Part shown: piece after piece, positions 50,407 through 57,807 of the stretch
Position numbering within the stretch: the stretch's first letter is position 1
Layout of the letters: the number at the start of each line of letters is the position of its first letter
Source: Alphaproteobacteria bacterium
GTDB taxonomy: Bacteria; Pseudomonadota; Alphaproteobacteria; Rhizobiales; Beijerinckiaceae
NCBI GenBank assembly: GCA_016869595.1
Contig: VGDT01000002.1
Coordinates: 18,878 to 82,877, forward strand
Direction of reading: 5' to 3'
DNA length: 64,000 bases
Translations under genes and position numbers: made by a program
The notes under the pieces: model-generated
Told to the model about the DNA's origin: nothing
Database searches by the model: none
Seen by the model: the letters and a program-made list of their open reading frames with translations, nothing else

Positions 50407-51011
50407 TCACGAGCGGCGAAAGATGACGCTGAGATTATTGGCGGGCATTTCCACGATTTGAGGCTCTCCAAACCCTTTCTCGCGGGCGCAGGCCGCGACA
50501 TTTTCGATATCGCGAATTCCCCACGCCGGATTGCGCGCGCGAAGGCTCGCGTCGAATTCTGCATTGCTTGGCGCGGTGTGGGCGCCGCCGCGTCTATATG
50601 GACCGTATAGATAGAGCGCGGCGCTCCCGGCGGCAAGATCCTGCCTGCGCCCTCGAACAATGCCTCCGTCGCGCTCCACGGCGAGATGTGGGTCATGTTA
50701 ATGCAGATGATAGCGTCAGCGGCGCTGATGGGCCAGGGAAGCTCTTCGACGTGCAGCGCAAGCGGCGCACGCGCATTGCCGCTTCCAGTCGAAGCGATCC
50801 ACGCCGAAACGCTCTCGCGGGCTTCAGCGTTCGGGTCCGATGGACAAAACGTCAGGTGGGGGAAATTCACCGCGAAAAAAGTGACATGTTCGCCGGCACC
50901 GCTCGCAATTTCGAGCACAGATCCCTTCGCCGGCAGAACGTTGCGCAGCACGCCGAGAATCGGTTCGCGGTTGCGAGCGGTCGATGGCGCGAAGATGCGC
51001 TTGTCGTTCAT
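50407..51011 (-). pseudogene. DUF938 SAM-dependent methyltransferase with a frameshift near 50617-50620
   Basis: The N-terminal part (APSTARNREPIL, VLEIASGAGEH, INMTHISPW) and C-terminal part (LYLYGPY...SNAEFDASLR...WGIRD...MPANNL) are in different frames. Confidence 0.85.
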
Positions 51012-51349
51012 GTTGGTCTCTTAGGCACGTGAACAACGTCGCTCGCCGATGCTTTAGGGTTGTTCGAACGCAGTCTCATGACATGCTGCGCTGCAGATTC
51101 TCGACCGCCGCGCTGATAGTGCCGTCTCGCGCCGTTTCCAGCAAGGGCCGAACTTCATCTTCGGAGAAGCGGCCGATGCTAAGCGCCGGAACCTGATCAC
51201 CGCCCAGTGTAGACGCGGATAGGGGAACCGCCTTTCCCAGGTGGGCGTCCGGTCGTTGACGCGCACAAGTTCGAATGGCCGCCGCGTCGACGTTGAAAAC
51301 GTGGCGACGCGCTGGAAAGTTGAAAAAGGTCGTGAATTGATCTGGCATG

Positions 51350-51378
51350 TTGTCCGGACATCGTCCGGATGCTATATA
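51350..51378 (+). promoter_or_regulatory. Promoter/operator of the GNAT TA operon
   Basis: TGTCCGGACA palindrome plus a second GTCCGGA box 11 bp downstream. TTGTCC-N17-TATATA promoter-like spacing. Confidence 0.6.
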
Positions 51379-51397
51379 TGCATATAAACTGGATGCG

Positions 51398-51961
51398 ATG
51401 ACGGCGATGAAAAATCAGGACAATGCGCAGGAAATCAAATCGCGAGTTTCTCATGCCCCCTCCAAGGGTCGAAAGTTGCGTGGCGCCTACCATGTCTTTC
51501 CCGCAAAAAAGGGCGGCTGGGCGGTTCGAAAGGAGGGCGCCCATCGCGTTACCGGATACTTCGAGACTAAAGCGGAAGCCATCGCTCGCGGGAAGGAGAT
51601 CAGTCGAGCGTTAGGAACTGGGTTCATAGTCCATGCTCGCGATGATCGAATCCGTAAGACGATCAAGCGTGATCAGTTGCGCACCCTCGGCGTAAAGGTT
51701 CAGAAAACTGAGCGAATTGAGATTCGCACCACGCCAAGCATGAAGGCGCTGCTGCAGCGTGCCGCCAACTTCTCGCACAAGAATGTCACGGAGTTTCTGC
51801 TTGAAGCCGGAATCAATGCGGCCGAGGAGACGCTGGCTGATCGTCGCATGTTTCGGCTGGACCAAGCCCAGTGGCAAGCTTTTCAGCAGATTCTCGATAG
51901 TCCGGTGACTGCCAGACCCCGTCTTGCAAAGCTGCTCACAGAGAAAAGCGTGCTTGAGTGA
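51398..51961 (+). CDS. DUF2188-DUF1778 (TacA-like RHH antitoxin) fusion; start 51398 or 51407
   Basis: YHVFPAKKGGWAVRKEG...TKAEAIARG...IVHARDDRI is in frame with KTERIEIRTT...LLQRAA...VTEFLLEA...FRLDQAQWQAFQQILDSP. Confidence 0.82.
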   Translation: MTAMKNQDNAQEIKSRVSHAPSKGRKLRGAYHVFPAKKGGWAVRKEGAHRVTGYFETKAEAIARGKEISRALGTGFIVHARDDRIRKTIKRDQLRTLGVKVQKTERIEIRTTPSMKALLQRAANFSHKNVTEFLLEAGINAAEETLADRRMFRLDQAQWQAFQQILDSPVTARPRLAKLLTEKSVLE

Positions 51962-52476
51962 CAGGAGAAGATGAACGACTTTCCGCCGTTCAAAAACTCA
52001 ATTCCTTACACGAGGTCGATGCTTTTGATTGCGGCAAGGAACCGCTTGACCGTTTTTTAAAACGCTACGCGCTCGCCAACCAAGGGGCCAGCAGCGCTCA
52101 AACCTATGTCGTCTGTCGCGGCGAACGGCGAGTCGTCGGCTACTACAGCCTCACCGTCGGCGCCGTTGAACATGCGGAGGCGCCCACCCGCGTCGGCAAG
52201 GGGCTTGCGCGTCATCCCGTCCCAGTCATGCTTCTGGCCCGACTGGCGATCGACAAGGCTCAACAGCGACGTGGGCTCGGCGAGGCGCTGCTCAAGAACG
52301 CACTCCTCCGCACCGCCCAGGCAGCGGACATTGCGGGCATTCGAGCCCTGCTCGTCCATGCCAAAGATGACGAAGCGCGCTCTTGGTATGAGGCATTCGA
52401 TTTCGAGCGGAGCCCAACCGATCCGCATCATCTCTTCCTATTGATGAAAGATTTGAAAGCACTGCTCGGGGACTGA
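51958..52476 (+). CDS. GNAT-family acetyltransferase toxin (TacT/AtaT-like)
   Basis: FDCGKEPLDRFL, VVGYYSL, PVPVMLLARLAID..QQRRGLGEALL, LLVHAKDDEARSWY..FDF. GTGA overlap with the antitoxin. Confidence 0.92.
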   Translation: MTGEDERLSAVQKLNSLHEVDAFDCGKEPLDRFLKRYALANQGASSAQTYVVCRGERRVVGYYSLTVGAVEHAEAPTRVGKGLARHPVPVMLLARLAIDKAQQRRGLGEALLKNALLRTAQAADIAGIRALLVHAKDDEARSWYEAFDFERSPTDPHHLFLLMKDLKALLGD

Positions 52477-52532
52477 ACAAGTCCGAAAGATGAACGGTTC
52501 CCTTGCTCGCTCGACCTGATGATGAGGATGGC

Positions 52533-52853
52533 ATGTCACAAATCTTCGAGCTTGTCGCCTCAAGCCATCGGACGTTTGTCGTATTGGCGACGCTCGGCCT
52601 CCCGGGACAACCTCCGCGCCGTTTCACGAAAGAAGAGGCGGCGATCCTGTCGCGGGCCCTCAATTCCGTCGCAAACGGCGATCGTCGCGAGCAGCAGATT
52701 TATATGAGCCCCATCGCCAGCGACCATGATTTCGAGGCGAACGTCGAACAGAGCGGCATTGTCGTCTCATTGGAATGTCACGCGGACGTCAGACTGGATT
52801 GGAGCGAAACGCTCGCCTTGGCCGAAGAATTGAGAGCGTTTGCGTCTCAGTAA
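52533..52853 (+). CDS. Hypothetical protein (106 aa)
   Basis: GAGGA RBS and host-like codon usage. No recognised domain. Confidence 0.7.
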   Translation: MSQIFELVASSHRTFVVLATLGLPGQPPRRFTKEEAAILSRALNSVANGDRREQQIYMSPIASDHDFEANVEQSGIVVSLECHADVRLDWSETLALAEELRAFASQ

Positions 52854-52868
52854 TCGAAGGCGCTTGGA

Positions 52869-53834
52869 TTAGCTTGTGACAAGTTCAAACCGCGCAACCA
52901 CCGGCGCGTGAAGCGACCCTTCGACGAATTCCTCGGCATAGACTTCGTCTTGAAGTCCTTCGTTCAAGATCGTCGTTTTGCGCCAGGCCGCCGCGAGCGC
53001 TGGCGAAGCGAGAAGATGGTCAATCAGCATGGGACGGCCCGCGTGAATGACCGTGAAGCGACGCCCCGGTTCGACGCGCTCTTCCAAGGGGATGAGAACC
53101 CGTGCCCCTGTCGCGCCCTCATCTCCCCCGCCGCGCAGGAGTCTCGTCGGCGCGTCGTGCTCGTCGGCGTTGAAGTCGCCGGCGATCGCGATCAGCGCCT
53201 GTGGGTCCGCGTCAAACAGAGTCTCGGCGAACAGCCGAGCCTCCAGCGCTTGCCCCTCGCGCTTGAGGGCCGCGACGAACTGGCCCTCAATCTGCGCGCG
53301 GCTCGAGCCCAAGCCGCGCGCCGTCGCCACAGGGAACGCCCGAGGCGCGCGCAGATGCAGATTGACGACGTGGATTACGCCGCCCTGTGGTAGCTCGATC
53401 GCAGCGTAGAGCAGGGGCCTGTCCCAGACGATGCCCACGGGCTCCGGCTGCGAGCCGTCGGCATCGCGCGGCGGCGGCCAGGCCCACTGCGCGACAATGT
53501 CGTGGTGGATCTGACGTCGCGCGCGCATTGGCCATCGCGAAAGGATCGCAAGATTATGCACGTCGGCTGGGACTTCGCCGCCCGGCCTCACCGTCGTCGC
53601 CCGATGAAACTGCGCATAGCGGGTCGTCGCGAGCAATTGATCGAGCGCGATATACTGGCGTGCGCCGTGCTTATGAAGCCTTTGCGCATGGATTTCCTGC
53701 AGGCACAAAATATCGGCGTCGAGCGTCTCGATCAGCGGGCGCAGCGCGTCGGCTCGGCGCGCGAAGTCGTTAGGCTTAGTCGCCGACCAATCAAGATTTT
53801 CAAGGTTGAACGTCGCGAGGCGAAATGCGGGCAT
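52869..53834 (-). CDS. Endonuclease/exonuclease/phosphatase (EEP) family protein
   Basis: LATFNLENL, ILCLQE, VVNLHL, AGDFNA, IDHLL and terminal SLHAP. Confidence 0.88.
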   Translation of the reverse strand: MPAFRLATFNLENLDWSATKPNDFARRADALRPLIETLDADILCLQEIHAQRLHKHGARQYIALDQLLATTRYAQFHRATTVRPGGEVPADVHNLAILSRWPMRARRQIHHDIVAQWAWPPPRDADGSQPEPVGIVWDRPLLYAAIELPQGGVIHVVNLHLRAPRAFPVATARGLGSSRAQIEGQFVAALKREGQALEARLFAETLFDADPQALIAIAGDFNADEHDAPTRLLRGGGDEGATGARVLIPLEERVEPGRRFTVIHAGRPMLIDHLLASPALAAAWRKTTILNEGLQDEVYAEEFVEGSLHAPVVARFELVTS

Positions 53835-53891
53835 CGCTCATCATCGTCTGAAGAGTCGGCCTCCGCCAGCAGAATGCGCCTCGACGGGGCC

Positions 53892-53926
53892 GACGTTTAG
53901 CTGCAATATCCGCGTTATTTCCAATT
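53892..53926 (+). promoter_or_regulatory. Shared upstream motif, copy 1 (before the crp-family gene)
   Basis: GACG-N17-CGTTATTTCCAATT followed by a GGAGT RBS. Confidence 0.5.
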
Positions 53927-53938
53927 TGGGAGTGAAAC

Positions 53939-54628
53939 GTGTCCCTTTTTGACGGCATTCCTTTTTTTGCTGGCCTTGATCCCGCGCGCGGCGAGCAGTT
54001 CGCGCGCCAATGCGCGCGCAAACGATACGCCGAACATGAATTAGTCCTCGACTTCGACGATCCCTCCACGGACGTTTATTTCATCGTCAGCGGCGACGTT
54101 CGGGTGCTGATTCGAACTGCGGCCGGCAAGGAAATGATTTTTGGCGACTTCGGACCGGGCAAATTCTTTGGCGAGATGGCGGCGATCGACGGCGCCAAGC
54201 GCTCCGCAAACGTAACCGCGCTCACCAATGCGGAGCTCCTGCTGGTGCCGCCAACAGTCTTCAAGGAAATCGTGTTCGGCGAGCCGGAAATCTGCGAGCG
54301 GCTGTTACGCTTGCTGACGTCGCGCGTCCGGGAGCTGAATACCCGCCTCTTCGAGCGTTCGGTGCTCGACCTCAAGCATCGCCTTTATTCCGAATTATTG
54401 CGCATGTCGGCGCCGCGCAAAGGCTCGCCGGAGCAGTCGATCGTCTCGCCGCCGCCCTTCCAGCACGATCTCGCCGCCCGGATCGGCTGTCGGCGCGAAC
54501 AGGTCAGCCGCGAACTCTCGGCGATGATCGACGAGGGCTTGGCGGAAAAAATCCGTGGCGGACTTGTACTTATACGCCCCTCAGTCCTCGAGAAAAGGGT
54601 CCAGGACGCGCTTAACGAAGCCGAATGA
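53939..54628 (+). CDS. Crp/Fnr-family transcriptional regulator (cNMP-binding)
   Basis: Phosphate-binding cassette FFGEMAAIDGAKRSANV; HTH QHDLAARIGCRREQVSREL. No FNR Cys cluster. Confidence 0.92.
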   Translation: MSLFDGIPFFAGLDPARGEQFARQCARKRYAEHELVLDFDDPSTDVYFIVSGDVRVLIRTAAGKEMIFGDFGPGKFFGEMAAIDGAKRSANVTALTNAELLLVPPTVFKEIVFGEPEICERLLRLLTSRVRELNTRLFERSVLDLKHRLYSELLRMSAPRKGSPEQSIVSPPPFQHDLAARIGCRREQVSRELSAMIDEGLAEKIRGGLVLIRPSVLEKRVQDALNEAE

Positions 54629-54730
54629 GACGTGTGCGCTCTCGCACAAACGGAGGATGAAGCTCCCGCTAACGTCGTTACAGTTGCCGGAAAGGTGAAA
54701 AGCCCCGGCAGGAACGACTGGGAGAGGTTA

Positions 54731-55135
54731 ATGATTCCCGAACTGACGCCTATCGAGCGTTGCGCCGAGATGGCTGGTTTGCGCAGTTATGAAATCGTTT
54801 TGGGCGTGAGCCCGAGCGATAAGCACCAGCGGATGCTCGCTCGCTATCGGCGAAACCTATCGCTTGACGCGGCCCGCCGCCGACTCGTCGCCGACATCCG
54901 CAATGCGGTCAAGATCGGCGCCCCGCGTCGCGCCGCCGACTTGCTGATCGTGCTGCGCTGGTTGCTCTCCTCCGACGCTTCTTGCGACGGTGCGCGAGCC
55001 ACCTCGCGTCCGCGCCGTCGTGTCTCGTCGGCGGGACGCCGCAGAAGCGCGACGCCGTCATCGGCGACTGAAATGAAAGCCGTCGGAGGCGGCGACGTCG
55101 TCTATCTCTTCGACGGCGGACGCTGTCGCGGCTAA
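54731..55135 (+). CDS. Hypothetical basic protein (134 aa)
   Basis: GGAGAGG RBS before the ATG. Helical N-terminal part and Arg/Ser-rich tail. Confidence 0.65.
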   Translation: MIPELTPIERCAEMAGLRSYEIVLGVSPSDKHQRMLARYRRNLSLDAARRRLVADIRNAVKIGAPRRAADLLIVLRWLLSSDASCDGARATSRPRRRVSSAGRRRSATPSSATEMKAVGGGDVVYLFDGGRCRG

Positions 55136-55327
55136 GCGCGTCCGACCTGTGGTTTCGCGGCAACACCGACAATGTGTTTTATCCGCGGCTTCAGGTCGGA
55201 TTGCAGTGCAGGATGGGGGCAAGTCTTTGCAGAAACAAGGTAATTTGCGGCGCCGGGCTCGGGCCTGAGCGGCGCGCTGGTTCGCCGCTCGCTTGCCACC
55301 CCATTCCGCATGAGTCACCGTCCAGTT

Positions 55328-55362
55328 GACGGTCTGACCCTGGCGCGCCGTTATTTCCGATT
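55328..55362 (+). promoter_or_regulatory. Shared upstream motif, copy 2 (before the TPR/beta-barrel gene)
   Basis: (TT)GACG-N17-CGTTATTTCCGATT followed by a GGAGT RBS. Confidence 0.5.
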
Positions 55363-55377
55363 CTTCGGAGTCTGCCA

Positions 55378-56799
55378 TTGATGCGTTTGAGGAGCTTGCC
55401 ATCCGTGTGCGCGTGCAGAGCGGCGCCAACCCTCGCGGGCGCGCTGCTTGCCGCCTTCGCCCTTTTAGGTCCGGCCTTGGCGCAGGAACCGGCCTTGGCG
55501 CAGGAACCGGCCTTGGCGCAGGAAGATGCGCGCGCCGAGCGGGAGCGCCTCGCGGCCCATATTCAGAATAATCCGACCGATTATCAGGCGACGTATCGTT
55601 ACGTTTTGCTTTCGACGGAGGCGCGAGACTACGAGGCGGGAATAGGCGCGCTTGAGCGTCTGCTGATGTTCAATCCTAACCTCGCTCGCGCCCGGAAGGA
55701 ACTCGGTTTTCTCTATGCGCGGCTTGGCTCCTATGGGGTCTCGGCCCAGCATTTGCGCAAAGCGCTCGCCGAGGAGGGGCTCGATCCGGTTCAGGCCGCT
55801 CAGATCGAAGCGCAATTGCCGGACATCGAAAAACGCACTCAGGCCAGCAGGCTCTACGTGCGGATACACGCCGGTCTGCGTGCGCAAACCAACGCGAATT
55901 TCTTCCCGACCAATAATCTGCTTCAAGCAGGCGGCGTCGGCGTCGCGTCGACCGCCTCGCGCCAGGGGGACGTCAACGCATTTCAATTGGTGCAGGCCGC
56001 CCACGACCTCGATTTTCAGAACGCCCGAGGCGACCAATTTGAAACGCGGGTGACCGGCTACGCCACCGAGCAGTTTCGTCTGCCGCAATACAGCGTCGTC
56101 CTGTTCGCCGGCACCGTGGGACCCCGTATTCACATCGCGCCAGATCTCCATCCGGGGCTGTCGATCAAGCCGTATCTGACGGGCGCGACGACGATGCTCG
56201 GTTCGATCAACTATATTAACGCTGGCGGCGGCGGCATAAGTTTTGGCGCACAGGTCAATCCGGACTTTTGGCTCGAGCCCGGCGCCGAATGGCGCGCGCT
56301 CTGGGTCAATCCGCTGCCGAGCGGCTTTAGCTTTCTGCCCACATTGCCGTCGTCGACCATCTCGACTTTGGCGACTGGCGACGTCGTCACCGGCTATGTG
56401 AGCAGCACATACAGGCTGACGGAAATGCTGCGGCTCGAGGGTCGAGTCGCCTATTCCCGCGCCTGGGCGGGCCTTGCTCAACAGTCCTCTGATCAGGTGG
56501 ACGTTCAAGCGATGCTGCGGTTCGAGCTTGACCCGCCGTTCGAAATCATTCCGCGCAAATGGACCGTGGCGCCTTACGGCCGCTTCACTCACCTTGCCTT
56601 TGACGCCGCCAATCCTTTGATCAATCCATTCATTGCGCGACGCGACGCCGCGTGGATCGGCGGCCTGATGGTCGACTTGCCGATCACCGCAAATTTCGGC
56701 TTCGCCGGCAATGTCGAATATGCGCGCAACGGCTCAAATCTGCCGAACTTCAAAACTGAGAACTTTTCCGTCTCCTTCGGGCCGACGGCGAAGTTCTGA
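55378..56799 (+). CDS. Outer-membrane protein: signal peptide + TPR + beta-barrel (NsrA/Slam DUF560-like)
   Basis: TPR-like DYEAGIGALERLLMFNPNLARARKELGFLYARLG, amphipathic strands, C-terminal Phe (GPTAKF). Confidence 0.82.
   Translation: MMRLRSLPSVCACRAAPTLAGALLAAFALLGPALAQEPALAQEPALAQEDARAERERLAAHIQNNPTDYQATYRYVLLSTEARDYEAGIGALERLLMFNPNLARARKELGFLYARLGSYGVSAQHLRKALAEEGLDPVQAAQIEAQLPDIEKRTQASRLYVRIHAGLRAQTNANFFPTNNLLQAGGVGVASTASRQGDVNAFQLVQAAHDLDFQNARGDQFETRVTGYATEQFRLPQYSVVLFAGTVGPRIHIAPDLHPGLSIKPYLTGATTMLGSINYINAGGGGISFGAQVNPDFWLEPGAEWRALWVNPLPSGFSFLPTLPSSTISTLATGDVVTGYVSSTYRLTEMLRLEGRVAYSRAWAGLAQQSSDQVDVQAMLRFELDPPFEIIPRKWTVAPYGRFTHLAFDAANPLINPFIARRDAAWIGGLMVDLPITANFGFAGNVEYARNGSNLPNFKTENFSVSFGPTAKF
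55471..55524 (+). repeat. 18-bp perfect tandem repeat x3 (PALAQE) at the signal-peptide cleavage site
   Basis: ccggccttggcgcaggaa three times. Confidence 0.95.
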
Positions 56800-56811
56800 C
56801 GGAGGCGATCG

Positions 56812-57699
56812 ATGAGAAAGCTCCTCTCGGCCGTAACAATCGCTCTTACGCTCATCGCAGCGCCGGCCTTCGCCGAGAAAGTCGGTAACGTCGGAGCGGT
56901 CAATCAATCTGCGCATGGCACGCCGCCAGGCGCCGCGAAGCGCTCGCTTTCGGTCGGCCTTGGCGTCCAGAAGCGCGAACGCATCGAGACGAGTCCGCAG
57001 GGCAGCGCGCAAATTGTCTTCAACGATACGTCGACGATGACGGTCGGACGCAACAGCGCTGTCACTGTCGATGATTTCGTCTATTCCGGCGGCCGCGGCC
57101 AGCAGGGCGTGTCGCTGGCGAAAGGCGTGATGCGCTTTGTCGGCGGCGGCGTCAGCCACGAAAGCGGGACGCGGCTACGCACGCCCACGGCGTCGATCGG
57201 CGTGCGCGGCGGAACCGCAATGGTGCAAGTAACTTCAGCCGGCACGCTCGTCGTGCATCAATATGGCGTCACCCAGGTTGGGGGACAGACTCTCACGCAA
57301 GCCGGGTATGGCGTGTTTGTTTCAAACAACGGACAAGTGTCGGAGCCTTTCCTCGTTCCGCCGGAAACGATCGCTCAGATGATTGCGGCTCTGGAGAGCG
57401 GGAAAAAACAGCATGGCGGCGCCAAGCACACGCCGACGAGCGAAGAAGCGAATCTCATGCTCGGCGGAGCGCCTCCTCAGAATATCGTGAGTTCGCCGGG
57501 CCTCGACGCTCTTGGCCCGATGTGGGCCGGCAACGCAATCGTGCAGAGCCAAACCAACGTGCAAAATCAGCCCGTCACTACCCCGGCCGCGCCGGTGACG
57601 GCCACGCAGCAACAAAGCAGCGGTGGCGGAGATTCCGACGGAGGTGGTGGTGGCGGTGGCGGAGGCGGCGGCCACTGCAGCGGCGGTGGCCACTACTGA
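56812..57699 (+). CDS. Secreted FecR-domain protein with a Gly-rich tail
   Basis: Signal peptide (APAFA), ERIETSPQGSAQIVFNDTSTMTVGRNS, GVMRFVGG and TPTASIGVRG. Ends G11-HCSGGGHY. Confidence 0.88.
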   Translation: MRKLLSAVTIALTLIAAPAFAEKVGNVGAVNQSAHGTPPGAAKRSLSVGLGVQKRERIETSPQGSAQIVFNDTSTMTVGRNSAVTVDDFVYSGGRGQQGVSLAKGVMRFVGGGVSHESGTRLRTPTASIGVRGGTAMVQVTSAGTLVVHQYGVTQVGGQTLTQAGYGVFVSNNGQVSEPFLVPPETIAQMIAALESGKKQHGGAKHTPTSEEANLMLGGAPPQNIVSSPGLDALGPMWAGNAIVQSQTNVQNQPVTTPAAPVTATQQQSSGGGDSDGGGGGGGGGGGHCSGGGHY

Positions 57700-57807
57700 T
57701 AGTGGCTGAGGATTTCCGGGCAAGTTGCCTTTGATTGATCGGGCGACTAGTTCTGCCTCGCGCCAGACCCACGGAGTGAATGGGCGGCGGCGTGACCGTC
57801 ATGTGAG

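Noticed and set aside
51030-52480. 7-bp direct repeat TGAACAA flanking the GNAT TA region, and the 90-aa minus ORF 51076-51348
   Set aside because: A 7-bp match is expected by chance. The ORF has no RBS or motif and its start abuts the operator. Neither can be supported.
55155-55240. Clr/CRP-like boxes (TGGT-N8-AACA, AGTC-N8-AACA) upstream of the barrel gene
   Set aside because: Each has several mismatches to the palindromic consensus. Too weak without ChIP or a position-weight-matrix scan.
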